In this document: positions 12,665-22,927 of the stretch, in pieces
Layout of the letters: every line of letters begins with the position of its first letter
Numbering within the stretch: the first letter of the stretch is position 1
Assembly (NCBI GenBank): GCA_047495785.1
Contig: JBLDXI010000024.1
Span: forward strand, 3,472,001 to 3,536,000
Direction of reading: 5' to 3'
Origin: Lepidodermella squamata
Taxonomy: Eukaryota; Animalia; Gastrotricha
DNA: 64,000 nucleotides
Program-made: the position numbers and the translations under genes
The notes under the pieces: model-generated
The model's input: the letters and a program-made list of their open reading frames with translations, nothing else
What the model was told of the DNA's origin: nothing
Database searches by the model: none

Positions 12665-13201
12665 ATTCACTCATGTCTTGACTGTCATTTATTTATTCCA
12701 GAAGGATCTTTCGCTTTTTTTCCCAAAGGTATTTTTTTATCTATCAAGCTAAGTTTTCGATTAAAGTTTCAATTCACTATTATTTTATTTCATAGGTTTT
12801 ATATAAAACATTTTTATGCGTTTCTGGTTACTTACGCTGCTCGGTCGTCCGCAAGTGGGGATGAAATTTTGTTACTTCCTCCTTGTTGATGTAAAAATGT
12901 AGCTCTCATCACGTGGAGTGGAAAAGGCATTATAACTAGTACCGAACAGCCACTCTTCATTTTCTTGAGTCTAGACCTTCGCAATTTAGTAAGGGAACAA
13001 TGCGTTTCAAGTTTCTTAATGGATTTAGATAGACCTTTTAGGAGAGTTTAAGGAATGAATATTCGATTAGTCAAGTCGAAAAGCGCTATCGATTTGTGTT
13101 GTTGATTTCACCACTATTACTTAGCCCCTGAATTTTTCTGAATTTTTGAACTCATGATTATTTTTCACCGATTGCCCAATTTTTTCTTATAGAAGTTGAA
13201 A

Positions 13202-14752
13202 ATGGATTTTTTTGAGAATTACAAGCACGTAGTTTTGTACTCCGGAGTGGTGATTGGCACCGTTACCCTTGCCACTTACTACTGGGCATATCGATATGTG
13301 ACGAAGTATCGCGATATATTCCGCGAAATGGGCCTTCCATATGTTGAGCCAACTAGGTGGCTCGGTTCATGGGGCTTGTATTTGGAGGGCGAAGACTACT
13401 TTGAAGTCGAGAAAGAGCTTATACGCAAACATGGCACATTTTTCGGGCTATTCGAAGGCCGCCAGCCGTCGATCATGATTTCAGAACCTGAACTGATTCG
13501 TCAGGTACTGTTCAAGGACAACGAGTCTTTCATGGATCGTCGAATTTACGTGCAAAGCCGATCCCGGGCATTGGATTTTGGCATAACCCAATTAACTGGG
13601 CAAAGGTGGAAACACGCTAGGCAAGCAATCACACCAGCGTTCACGCCAAATGCATTAAGGCGGATGACCCCTCTTGTGTTGCAATCTGTCAAGCAACTTG
13701 TGGCTAATATCGAGAAGCAGATAGATTTGAATGAAGATATTGACATCAAAAGGAATTGCGGTTGCTTCACTATGGATGTGATTGCCACTGTAGCCTTCGG
13801 CTTTGAGCTCGATTCGTTTAATAACCCGAACAATCCATTCGTAGAATATGCGCAGACTGCTTTTGCAATCGATCAACAAGTTATAACCATGTTGCTTTTG
13901 TTCCCTGGGTTGTTCCGTCTTCTCGGTAAAATGATGTCCGACACTTCGAAAATGATGAAACCATTCGCGTTTTTCACGAAAATCACCGAGGAAGAAATAA
14001 AACGACGACATGATGAGAAAGTCGATCGACCTGACTTCCTGCAAATGATCATGAATTTGGAGAAGGACCCTGAGGATCCTCAAAACAAGGAATTCTTGGA
14101 AGTTGACGAATTCGGGCTAAAATGGCTGACAAACGGTTTGACTCACCTGGAAGTTGTGGGGCAGGCGGTCCTGTTCTTTGCGGCTGGCAACGAGACAACG
14201 GCTAGCGTTTTGACCTTAACGCTGTTCGCCCTCAGTGAACACCCTGAATGCCAGGATAAGTTGTATCAGGAAATAAAAGTGGCTTTGAAGGATGAAGATC
14301 CCAACATGGATTCAGTTCAGGAGTTAAAATATTTGGAAATGTGTATCAATGAGACAATGCGACTTTACTGCCCTCTAACAAGGCTGGAGCGCGTCTGCGT
14401 CAAAGACACTCAAGTGGGAGGTTACCACATCCCCAAAGGTGTAGTTGTTCTTGTCCCGGCTAATGTTATTCAACATGATCCTCACATTTGGTCCGAGCCT
14501 GAGAAGTTCGACCCAGAACGATTTTCTGATTCCGAAAATATTCCTCAACTAGGATACATGCCCTTCGGCCTTGGAAATCGTAACTGCATTGGAATGAGAC
14601 TGGCTTATTTGGAGCTCAAATTTGCTCTGGTTTGTTTGATTCGAAAACTGAAGTTTTCGATCTCGCCTGATATGCCGACTCCGATTAAATGGAAGCATAG
14701 TCATTTGCGTGTTAATGCTACTCCCATCTTGCTGAAAGCAGAAAGTCGGTGA
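13202..14752 (+). CDS. Cytochrome P450, CYP3-clan-like, copy 2
   Basis: WKHAR, AGNETT, ETMR, PERF, FGLGNRNCIG. First ATG is at 13202. Confidence 0.96.
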   Translation: MDFFENYKHVVLYSGVVIGTVTLATYYWAYRYVTKYRDIFREMGLPYVEPTRWLGSWGLYLEGEDYFEVEKELIRKHGTFFGLFEGRQPSIMISEPELIRQVLFKDNESFMDRRIYVQSRSRALDFGITQLTGQRWKHARQAITPAFTPNALRRMTPLVLQSVKQLVANIEKQIDLNEDIDIKRNCGCFTMDVIATVAFGFELDSFNNPNNPFVEYAQTAFAIDQQVITMLLLFPGLFRLLGKMMSDTSKMMKPFAFFTKITEEEIKRRHDEKVDRPDFLQMIMNLEKDPEDPQNKEFLEVDEFGLKWLTNGLTHLEVVGQAVLFFAAGNETTASVLTLTLFALSEHPECQDKLYQEIKVALKDEDPNMDSVQELKYLEMCINETMRLYCPLTRLERVCVKDTQVGGYHIPKGVVVLVPANVIQHDPHIWSEPEKFDPERFSDSENIPQLGYMPFGLGNRNCIGMRLAYLELKFALVCLIRKLKFSISPDMPTPIKWKHSHLRVNATPILLKAESR

Positions 14753-15589
14753 ATGTAGTATTCGAGTTTCAGTGACAAATATTTATTCCAGAAGGATCTT
14801 TCGTTATTTTCTTTCGTCTTTCGTTTCCCAAAGGTATTGTTTTTTATCTGCTGGGCAAATTATCAAATAAATCTGCATTACTATTTTTTTTATTTTATAG
14901 GTTTTTTAAACGAATGTCACCACGTTTCGTCACCTTCTATTTCAGCCGCAATTTCGGTGAGCATTCATAGTAATCACAGCTCTTATATAAATTCAGATAT
15001 AGTCTGGCGGTGAATTACAAGTGATCGATTAAATGTTTTCTTCATCTTCTTCACGACGCACAGGTTCTTCTGAGCCTGTCGCGCAACGTCGAATATCCTT
15101 CTCATTTCTTCTGTGGCGCTGGCACCGTTCTTCAGTTTTCCAAGTGTAAAACCTGTTGGTAATCCCCGCAATGCAGATCTTGAATCCCAGTTTAGCGCGT
15201 TATTCTCTGCCAATTACGTGCTCATGTAACGGGCAGGGATAGCTAGAGTCAGGAACTCATAAGGTGTAAAGTATAATGCTCCAATCGCTAAAAGTGATAT
15301 CTCAATGAGCAATAACGTAGTTTATGACGTAACAGCTTCTTTTTTATTGAGCCTTTATTAACGGAATTCAGGAGAAAACGAGATTGTAGGCATGCTTCTT
15401 CATTTCCCCACCTTCAACTCAACTCAAAAATGACTGTTATAGAACACATCCTTATGGAATTTCTCGTAGTTGATCTCTTGGACTTTTTGTTGATCCTAAC
15501 TCATAGCAGCTAGTCGAATGATAAATTTCTTAATTTACATCGATGCTCAAATATAATTATGCTTTAATTTTGTCATTTAGTTGTTAAAC

Positions 15590-17158
15590 ATGGAATTTTT
15601 CGAAAATCACAAGCACTTATTTTTGTACTCCGGAGTGGTGATTGGCGCCGTTTCTTTAGCCACGTATTACTGGGCATATCGATATGTTACCAAATACCGA
15701 AACATTTTCCGAGAAATGGGCCTTCCATACGTTGAACCAACAACGTGGCTCGGTTCATGGGGCACGTATTTGGATGGCGAAGATTTCTTCGAAGTCGAAC
15801 AGGAGCTTGTCAAGAAACACGGCAAATTTTTCGGGCTATTCGAAGGCCGTCAGCCTTCGATAATGGTTTCAGAACCTGACTTGATTCGCCAGGTCTTGAT
15901 TAAAGACCACGAATCCTACATCGATCGGCGGAATTTCGTGCAAAGCCGAAGTCGCCCGTTGGACTTTGGACTAACTATGTTAACTGGACAAAGGTGGAAG
16001 CATGTTAGACAAACGATCACTCCGGCATTTACGCCAAATGCGTTGAGGCGAATGACGCCACTTGTATTGCAATCTGTTAAGCAGCTTGTCGCTAACATCG
16101 AGAAGCAGTGCGATTTGAACGAGGACATTGACATAAAAATGAATTGCGGCTGCTTTACGATGGATGTGATTGCTTCCGTCGCCTTCGGCATTGAACTCGA
16201 CTCTTTGAATAACCCGAACAATCCGTTTGTCGAAAACGCTCGAGCTGCGTTTTCGAACGATATTACAAAAGGATCGATGAAATATTTCGTAATGTTAGTA
16301 TTCATGTTTCCTGGTATGTTTAATCTTCTCAACAAACTAACGTCGGACAACTCTAAATTGATGAAGCCGTTCGTGTTTTTCCATAAAATTACCGAACAGG
16401 AAATGAAGCGTAGACGCGATGAGAACGTTGATCGACCCGATTTCCTTCAAATGACGATGAATTTGGAAAAGGATCCAGAAGATCCGCAACACAAGGATTT
16501 CGTAGAAATCGACGAATTCGGCCAGAAATGGCTGAGAAATGGGTTGACTCACATGGAAATAATTGGACAGGCGGTTCTTTTCTTTGCTGCTGGCTACGAG
16601 ACTACGGCTAATGTTCTGGCTTTAACTCTTTTCGCCCTTAGCAAGCATCCGGAGTGTCAGGATAAATTGTATCAGGAGATCAAGGCAGCTCTTAAGGATG
16701 AAGATCCCAACATGGATTCCGTTCAGGATTTGAAATACCTTGAAATGTGCATCAACGAGACAATGCGAATTTACTGCCCTCTTACGAGGCTTGAACGCTC
16801 TTGTACAAAGGACACTCAACTGGGAGGCTACCATATCCCTAAAGGTGTTGTAGTTCTCGTCCCGGCTAATGCTATTCAACACGATCCTAACGTTTGGGAC
16901 GAGCCTGAGAAGTTCGACCCTGAACGATTTGCTGATCCGGAAAATATTCCTCAACTAGGTTACATGCCTTTTGGACTTGGAAATCGAAACTGCATTGGAA
17001 TGAGGCTGGCCTATCTGGAGTTGAAGCTAGCCTTAGTTTGTCTGGTTCGGCAACTCAAATTTTCGATCTCTCCCAACATGCCTATTCCGATCAAATGGAA
17101 GATGAGTGCTTTGCGCATGAACGCAACTCCGATTTTGCTGAAAGCTGAGCGCCGATAA
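15590..17158 (+). CDS. Cytochrome P450, CYP3-clan-like, copy 3
   Basis: WKHVR, AGYETT, ETMR, PERF, FGLGNRNCIG. First ATG is at 15590. Confidence 0.96.
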   Translation: MEFFENHKHLFLYSGVVIGAVSLATYYWAYRYVTKYRNIFREMGLPYVEPTTWLGSWGTYLDGEDFFEVEQELVKKHGKFFGLFEGRQPSIMVSEPDLIRQVLIKDHESYIDRRNFVQSRSRPLDFGLTMLTGQRWKHVRQTITPAFTPNALRRMTPLVLQSVKQLVANIEKQCDLNEDIDIKMNCGCFTMDVIASVAFGIELDSLNNPNNPFVENARAAFSNDITKGSMKYFVMLVFMFPGMFNLLNKLTSDNSKLMKPFVFFHKITEQEMKRRRDENVDRPDFLQMTMNLEKDPEDPQHKDFVEIDEFGQKWLRNGLTHMEIIGQAVLFFAAGYETTANVLALTLFALSKHPECQDKLYQEIKAALKDEDPNMDSVQDLKYLEMCINETMRIYCPLTRLERSCTKDTQLGGYHIPKGVVVLVPANAIQHDPNVWDEPEKFDPERFADPENIPQLGYMPFGLGNRNCIGMRLAYLELKLALVCLVRQLKFSISPNMPIPIKWKMSALRMNATPILLKAERR

Positions 17159-17348
17159 ATCCAATTTTTGGGCATGACAACTGTTTATTCCAGATTTGCT
17201 AATTATGACAATCTTGAAATTGAATGCGGTTTTTCTTATTAATTTGACAGATTTTCAATTTCTCATTTGCTAGACGAAATCGACTTATTTACCGGTGAAA
17301 CTTTTCCAATAAATCATCTTTTTCTGATTTTTAGATATTTTTTAAATA

Positions 17349-17490
17349 ATGGATGTGTTAACTTTTGGAAGCGCTAGTTTATGCCCAGTTCTACTGGCTA
17401 TTTTTTGCCTGCCGCCCGCCTCTCGAGATTCCAGTCTGCCTTGTAAGACTGGACTCCCTCAATGATCCGATAGCGTGGTCCGGAATTTCG
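17349..17490 (+). pseudogene. Degenerate 5' stub of a copy-6-type P450
   Basis: Follows ag|atatt like copy 6. Reads MDVLTFG...LAIF...RD...GLPQ*; ccgatagcgtggtccgga aligns by eye with copy-6 ccgaagccttggtctgga. Contains indels and a stop. Confidence 0.65.
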
Positions 17491-17696
17491 GAATCCTTGC
17501 CTTGGCTTACGTTTGATTGGCTTGATTGGCGTACCTTGATTGGCTTACGTTTAAACTAATTGCCTTTATTCTTTCAGTGGTTTTAAAAGGTTGTTCGGCG
17601 TGGCGTGACAAGAGCTGATTGTTAGAAGCGCGAACACCACGGTGGAACGGTGTGTGACAAGTTGTAAGAGGGGTAAACATGGTCGCCCAAATATTA

Positions 17697-18120
17697 CCGT
17701 AGTTACCGAAATACTAACCCGGGCTTATGCAAAAATGATACCTCGAAAAATGGGGAAAAGTAGGCTACTATTCAAGACTAGGCTTCTATTTGAGATAGGC
17801 TTATGCAACGAAGACGTAGCATAATTTTGCGTGTTTCAGTATCAAAACTCATCAAATTTTTCGTTACTAGCTATTACCCAGGTCGCCTAATAGCTGAAAA
17901 TAAGGAGCGCCACAACAAAAATCATCGTAAGTCGCAGATTATCAAACATCTTCAGGCATTTTTCGTTGTTAAAACCTTTAAGCTCGGGAGAGCCCACATG
18001 CCGTAATAGCCTAGGCTACTATTCGAGATAGGACTATGCATCGAAGAATTCCAATTTACCTAGGCTTCTAAACGAGACAGGCTTCTAAACGAGGGGAGGC
18101 TTATATTTCGGTAACTACGG
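17697..18120. mobile_element. 424-bp MITE, Tc1/mariner (pogo/Tigger-like ends)
   Basis: TA|ccgtagttaccgaaata ... tatttcggtaactacgg|TA: 17-bp perfect TIR with TA TSD. Internal ~17-bp repeats (aggcttctaaacgag / aggctactattcgag). Confidence 0.85.
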
Positions 18121-18442
18121 TATATTTCGCCAAATTTATTCTCCACATAAAAAATTATGAAAAGTGATAGGATACCCTGTAACTCTGCGTTGAAGCATCT
18201 CGAAGAATGCATATCATCGGCGTCGTTCTTTGGTCCGGAGCATTGCTCTGCATTCGCCCAGCTCCGTTTCGCCAATAACGAACATGCTAATTCTCACATG
18301 TTCCCTTGTACCTACGTGCATTCCATACCGCGTTACTTGCTTATAGGACAAAGACGATAGGAACAATTAAAATAGACGATCTATCCAACTTGAATCGAGA
18401 CGCTACTAAACTTCTGATCTGATTTTTCAAATAGCTGTTAAA

Positions 18443-20011
18443 ATGGAATTTTTCGTTAACAACAAACGCATCTTTCTGTATACTGGAGTGGCCATTGGAT
18501 CCGTCTCCCTAGCCACGTATTACTTGGCGTATCGATATGTGATGAAGTACCGCAATATCTTCCGCGAAATGGGCCTTCCATACGTGGAACCAACAACGTG
18601 GCTTGGTTCATGGGGCGCGTATTTGGAGGGCGAAGACTTTTTCGAAGTTGAGCGTGATCTCATCGCAAAACATGGCAACTTCTTTGGGATGTTCGAAGGC
18701 CGTCAGCCTGCGATTATGGTTTCAGAACCGGATTTGATTCGGCAAGTGCTGTTCAAGGACCACGAATCTTACATGGATCGGCGAACTTTTCTGAAAAGCC
18801 GAAGTCGGGCGTTAGATTACGGTTTAACCGAATTGACTGGTAATAGGTGGAAACACGCGAGGCAAACTATCACCCCAGCTTTTACGCCGAATGCATTAAG
18901 GCGGATGACCCCTCTTATTCTGCAATCTGTCAAGCAACTCGTTGCCAATATCGAGAAGCAGTGCGATTTGAACGAAGACAATGACATCAAAGTGAACAGC
19001 GGCTGCTATTCTATGGATGTAATTGCTTCTGTAGCATTTGGTATTGAACTGGATTCGCTGAATAACCCGAACAATCCGTTTGTTGAAAATGCCCGCGCTG
19101 CGTTTTCGAACGATGTCACGAAAGGATCTATGAAATATATCGTAATTCTGGTATTTTCATTCCCTGGTTTGTTTAATCTTCTCAACCAAATGACATCCGA
19201 TAGTTCAGCATTGATGAAGCCGTTCGTGTTTTTCACGCAAATCACCAAGCAAGAAATGAAACGGCGACGTGATGAGAAAGTTGATCGACCCGATTTCCTT
19301 CAAATGACGATGAATTTAGAAAAGGACCCCGAGGATCCCGAACATAAAGATTTCGTAGAAATTGACGAATTCGGCCAGAAATGGCTGAGAAATGGGTTGA
19401 CTCACATGGAAATCATTGGGCAGGCGGTTCTGTTTTTCGCGGCTGGATACGAAACGACGTCAAATGTTTTGGCTCAAATGCTTTTCGCTCTTAGCATGCA
19501 CCCTGAATGTCAGCAAAAGCTGTATCAGGAGATCAAGGCAGCTCTTAAGGATGAAGATCCAAACATGGATTCCGTTCAAGAGTTGAAATACCTTGAAATG
19601 TGCATTAATGAGACAATGCGACTTCACTGCCCTGTTTCAAGGCTTGAACGTACCTGTACTAAGGACACTCAACTGGGAGGTTTCCATATTCCCCAAGGAA
19701 TCGCTGTTTTTATCCCGGCTAATGCCATTCAGCATGACCCTAACATTTGGAATGAACCTGAGAAGTTTGAACCTGAACGATTTGCTGACCCTGAGCGTGT
19801 ACCTCAGTTTGGCTTTATGCCTTTCGGACTTGGAAATCGCAACTGCATTGGAATGAGGCTGGCCTATTTGGAGCTGAAGCTAGCCTTAGTTTGTTTGGTT
19901 CGGCAACTCAAATTTTCGATCTCGCCAAATATGCCGATTCCGGTTAAATGGAAGCCGAGTCCTTTGCGCATGAATGCCACTCCGATTTTGCTGAAGGCTG
20001 AGCACCGATGA
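18443..20011 (+). CDS. Cytochrome P450, CYP3-clan-like, copy 4
   Basis: WKHAR, AGYETT, ETMR, PERF, FGLGNRNCIG. Confidence 0.96.
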   Translation: MEFFVNNKRIFLYTGVAIGSVSLATYYLAYRYVMKYRNIFREMGLPYVEPTTWLGSWGAYLEGEDFFEVERDLIAKHGNFFGMFEGRQPAIMVSEPDLIRQVLFKDHESYMDRRTFLKSRSRALDYGLTELTGNRWKHARQTITPAFTPNALRRMTPLILQSVKQLVANIEKQCDLNEDNDIKVNSGCYSMDVIASVAFGIELDSLNNPNNPFVENARAAFSNDVTKGSMKYIVILVFSFPGLFNLLNQMTSDSSALMKPFVFFTQITKQEMKRRRDEKVDRPDFLQMTMNLEKDPEDPEHKDFVEIDEFGQKWLRNGLTHMEIIGQAVLFFAAGYETTSNVLAQMLFALSMHPECQQKLYQEIKAALKDEDPNMDSVQELKYLEMCINETMRLHCPVSRLERTCTKDTQLGGFHIPQGIAVFIPANAIQHDPNIWNEPEKFEPERFADPERVPQFGFMPFGLGNRNCIGMRLAYLELKLALVCLVRQLKFSISPNMPIPVKWKPSPLRMNATPILLKAEHR

Positions 20012-20416
20012 ACTGTCTTCTCCGGCTTGGCAATCAACTTTGTATTCCGGATAGGCTAATACTTAATTACAATCACAACTTTTTATAGATTTTTCTGATA
20101 ATTGTGCAATTTTTCGGAGTTTCCATCGATTTTTTCGCTGACCTGTTAGAATATTTCTCGTATAATCGGCATGCCTTACATTGATCCGAAGCTGTGATAT
20201 GGAACATTTTGGTCTTTTTTTGGCGAATCCTTGAAAGTAATAGCTTTGCTTTTTTAACTCTTTCAGTTTTCATAGCGAATTTTTCTAAAATTTTCTTTAT
20301 TTTATTTTCTATGTTATTTGCAGTATTTGGGTATTCCTAATAGAACCAACCAACGATATTTTTAGCATTTTCAGGCCATTCTTGTTTGAGATCTTTTTTG
20401 TAAGCGTCAGTCAATT

Positions 20417-20485
20417 GTGGACATGTTACTAATTGGTATTCTATCAATTTTATTCGTAATAATAATTGTTTCGCGTATTTCGTAC
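20417..20485 (+). pseudogene. Possible relic P450 N-terminal anchor (copy-6 type)
   Basis: DMLLIGILSILFVIIIVSRISY resembles copy-6 MFDLSIFGILIVIFLVIYFIAYRY and lies just after the post-copy-4 acceptor. Confidence 0.35.
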
Positions 20486-20893
20486 GTTTTGGGGTTTCGG
20501 GGGAAACAGGAGTTGATGTTCTGGACCCCCATCGAAACTACCTCTCATTTTATACTGCCAGTCAAGATAACTATTTTCGTAAGCGTAATCCAGTTTTTTT
20601 ACTTGCAATGTTGTGAAAAATGCAAATGCCTTGACCTTATGATTTGCTAATTTTTGCGAAAAATAAAATAGTATTACAGTATTTCACCATAAAAGAGACG
20701 TTGCTTTGTGTACCACGAAGAAACTCTCTGGAGTATTTTAAACTGGCATTGATTATTCGGCACATGCCCATTCCGAAAGGACCATATTATTGGCAAAAGC
20801 TTTCATTATACTCCTATTTTCATGTCATAAGAGTTAATTATTTGAAAAATACTGACTCCTATTAGGATGGTGTGATGACAAATCTTGACCAGG

Positions 20894-21100
20894 TCAACAT
20901 TTCATAGGTTTAGGTTTGCCATCCTGCAGCGATGCGGCCATCCACCTATCTCTGTCTTGCGCTTGCTCTCTCGCTTCGACCCGCGTCATGCCTAGATCCG
21001 TCACGTCTCGCTCTCGATCTCCCTGCCCTTCTCTACCGATGCTGGCCTCAAGGTCGTCCCTTCCCTCCTTAGCATTAAGGTCGCCCATACCGAAAGTCAT
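20894..21100 (-). mobile_element. Internally deleted RTE-clade LINE remnant
   Basis: Translation joins an APE-endonuclease motif (MGDLNAK.G....IG..G.G.R) directly to an RTE-type ORF C-terminus (DLGMTRVEAREQAQDRDRW). Confidence 0.65.
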
Positions 21101-21164
21101 GTTAAGTACTGATTTGCAGCATCTCGTTACAACTAAACATCTGCTCTATTTTTTCATATAGGTC

Positions 21165-22727
21165 ATGGAATTTTTTGATAACTACAAACGAATTTTTTTG
21201 TACACTGGAGTGGCCATTGGATCCATCTCCCTAGCTACGTATTACTTGGCATATCGATATGTGACGAAGTATCGCAATGTTTTCCGAGAAATGGGCCTCC
21301 CATACGTTGAACCTACAACGTGGCTCGGTTCATGGGGCGCGTATTTGGAGGGCGAAGATTTTTTCGAAGTAGAGCGAGATCTTATCGCAAAACATGGCAA
21401 CTTCTTTGGGATGTTCGAAGGTCGTCAGCCTGCGATTATGGTCTCAGAGCCGGATTTGATCCGCCAAGTCTTGATTAAAGACCACGAATCGTACTTGGAC
21501 CGTCGAAATTTCACGCAAACCCGACTTCGAGCATTGGATTTCGGCCTAACTATGCTAACTGGTCAAAGATGGAAACACGTTAGGCAAATGGTCACCCCGG
21601 CTTTCACGCCGAATGCATTAAGGCGGATGACCCCTCTTATTTTGCAATCTGTCAAGCAACTCGTTGTAAACATCGAGAAGCAGTGTGGCGAAGACATTGA
21701 CATTAAGATGAATTGCAGCTGTTTTACTATGGATGTGATTGCTTCCGTGGCGTTTGGGATCGAACTGGATTCTTTGAATAACCCGAACAATCCGTTTGTG
21801 GAAAATGGTAGAGCTGCTTTTTCGACTGATATCACGAAAGGATCAATGAAATATTTTGCGATTCTGGTATTTTCTTTTCCTGGATTGTTTCGACTAATCA
21901 ACACAATGACGTCCGATTCGTCGAAATTTATGAAGCCGTACGTGTTTTTCCATAAAATTACTGAGCAGGAAATGAAGCGTAGACGCGATGAGAAGGTTGA
22001 TCGTCCTGATTTTATTCAAATGACGATGAATTTGGAAAAGGACCCTGAGGATCCTCAGTACAAAGATTTCGTGGAAATCGACGAATTCGGACTAAAATGG
22101 GTGAGAAATGGGTTGACTCACATGGAAATCATCGGGCAGGCGGTTCTATTTTTCGCGGCTGGCTACGAGACTACGGCCTTAACTCTGGCCTTAACGCTGT
22201 TCGCCCTTAGTGAACATCCTGAATGCCAAGAAAAGTTGTATGAGGAAATCAAAGCGGCTTTAAAGGATGAAGATCCCAACATGGATTCTGTTCAAGAGTT
22301 GAAATACCTCGAAATGGTCATCAATGAAACCCTGAGACTTTACTGCCCTGTTTCACGGTTGGAACGTACTTGTACTAAGGAAACCCAACTAGGGGGCTAC
22401 CGCATCCCTCATGGTGTCTTCGTTTTTATCCCGGCCAATGCCATACAGCATGATCCTACCATTTGGGACGAACCTGAAAAATTCGACCCGGAACGTTTCG
22501 CTGATCCTGAACACGTTCCTCAGCTGGGTTTTATGCCTTTCGGGCTTGGAAATCGAAATTGCATTGGAATGAGACTGGCATATCTGGAGATAAAATTGGC
22601 TCTTGTTTGTTTGATTCGCCAATTTAAATTTTCGGTCTCGCCGAACATGCCCGTTCCGATTAAATGGAAGCCTTTTGCCTTACGTATAAACGACAGTCCT
22701 ATTCAGCTGAGAGCTGAGCGCCGATAA
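21165..22727 (+). CDS. Cytochrome P450, CYP3-clan-like, copy 5
   Basis: WKHVR, AGYETT, ETLR, PERF, FGLGNRNCIG. Confidence 0.96.
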   Translation: MEFFDNYKRIFLYTGVAIGSISLATYYLAYRYVTKYRNVFREMGLPYVEPTTWLGSWGAYLEGEDFFEVERDLIAKHGNFFGMFEGRQPAIMVSEPDLIRQVLIKDHESYLDRRNFTQTRLRALDFGLTMLTGQRWKHVRQMVTPAFTPNALRRMTPLILQSVKQLVVNIEKQCGEDIDIKMNCSCFTMDVIASVAFGIELDSLNNPNNPFVENGRAAFSTDITKGSMKYFAILVFSFPGLFRLINTMTSDSSKFMKPYVFFHKITEQEMKRRRDEKVDRPDFIQMTMNLEKDPEDPQYKDFVEIDEFGLKWVRNGLTHMEIIGQAVLFFAAGYETTALTLALTLFALSEHPECQEKLYEEIKAALKDEDPNMDSVQELKYLEMVINETLRLYCPVSRLERTCTKETQLGGYRIPHGVFVFIPANAIQHDPTIWDEPEKFDPERFADPEHVPQLGFMPFGLGNRNCIGMRLAYLEIKLALVCLIRQFKFSVSPNMPVPIKWKPFALRINDSPIQLRAERR

Positions 22728-22927
22728 CTTTTATTTTTTAAAGTTGACAGTCTGCTTGTTACTTCGAATTGACCATCATAAAATTTGATTTTTTTTGCTG
22801 ATTTTTTGCCGTATTTTCCAAATGTTCTCTTATGCCAGATAATACCTATTTTGCGGTTTACCGGTGCTTTTTTTATTTTCCAATAAATAAACGTTTTTCT
22901 GATTTTTTCTAGATATTATATTCAGAA

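Noticed and set aside
14983-15213. Protein-like minus-strand ORF between CYP2 and CYP3
   Set aside because: No ATG or splice context and no motif I can recognise.
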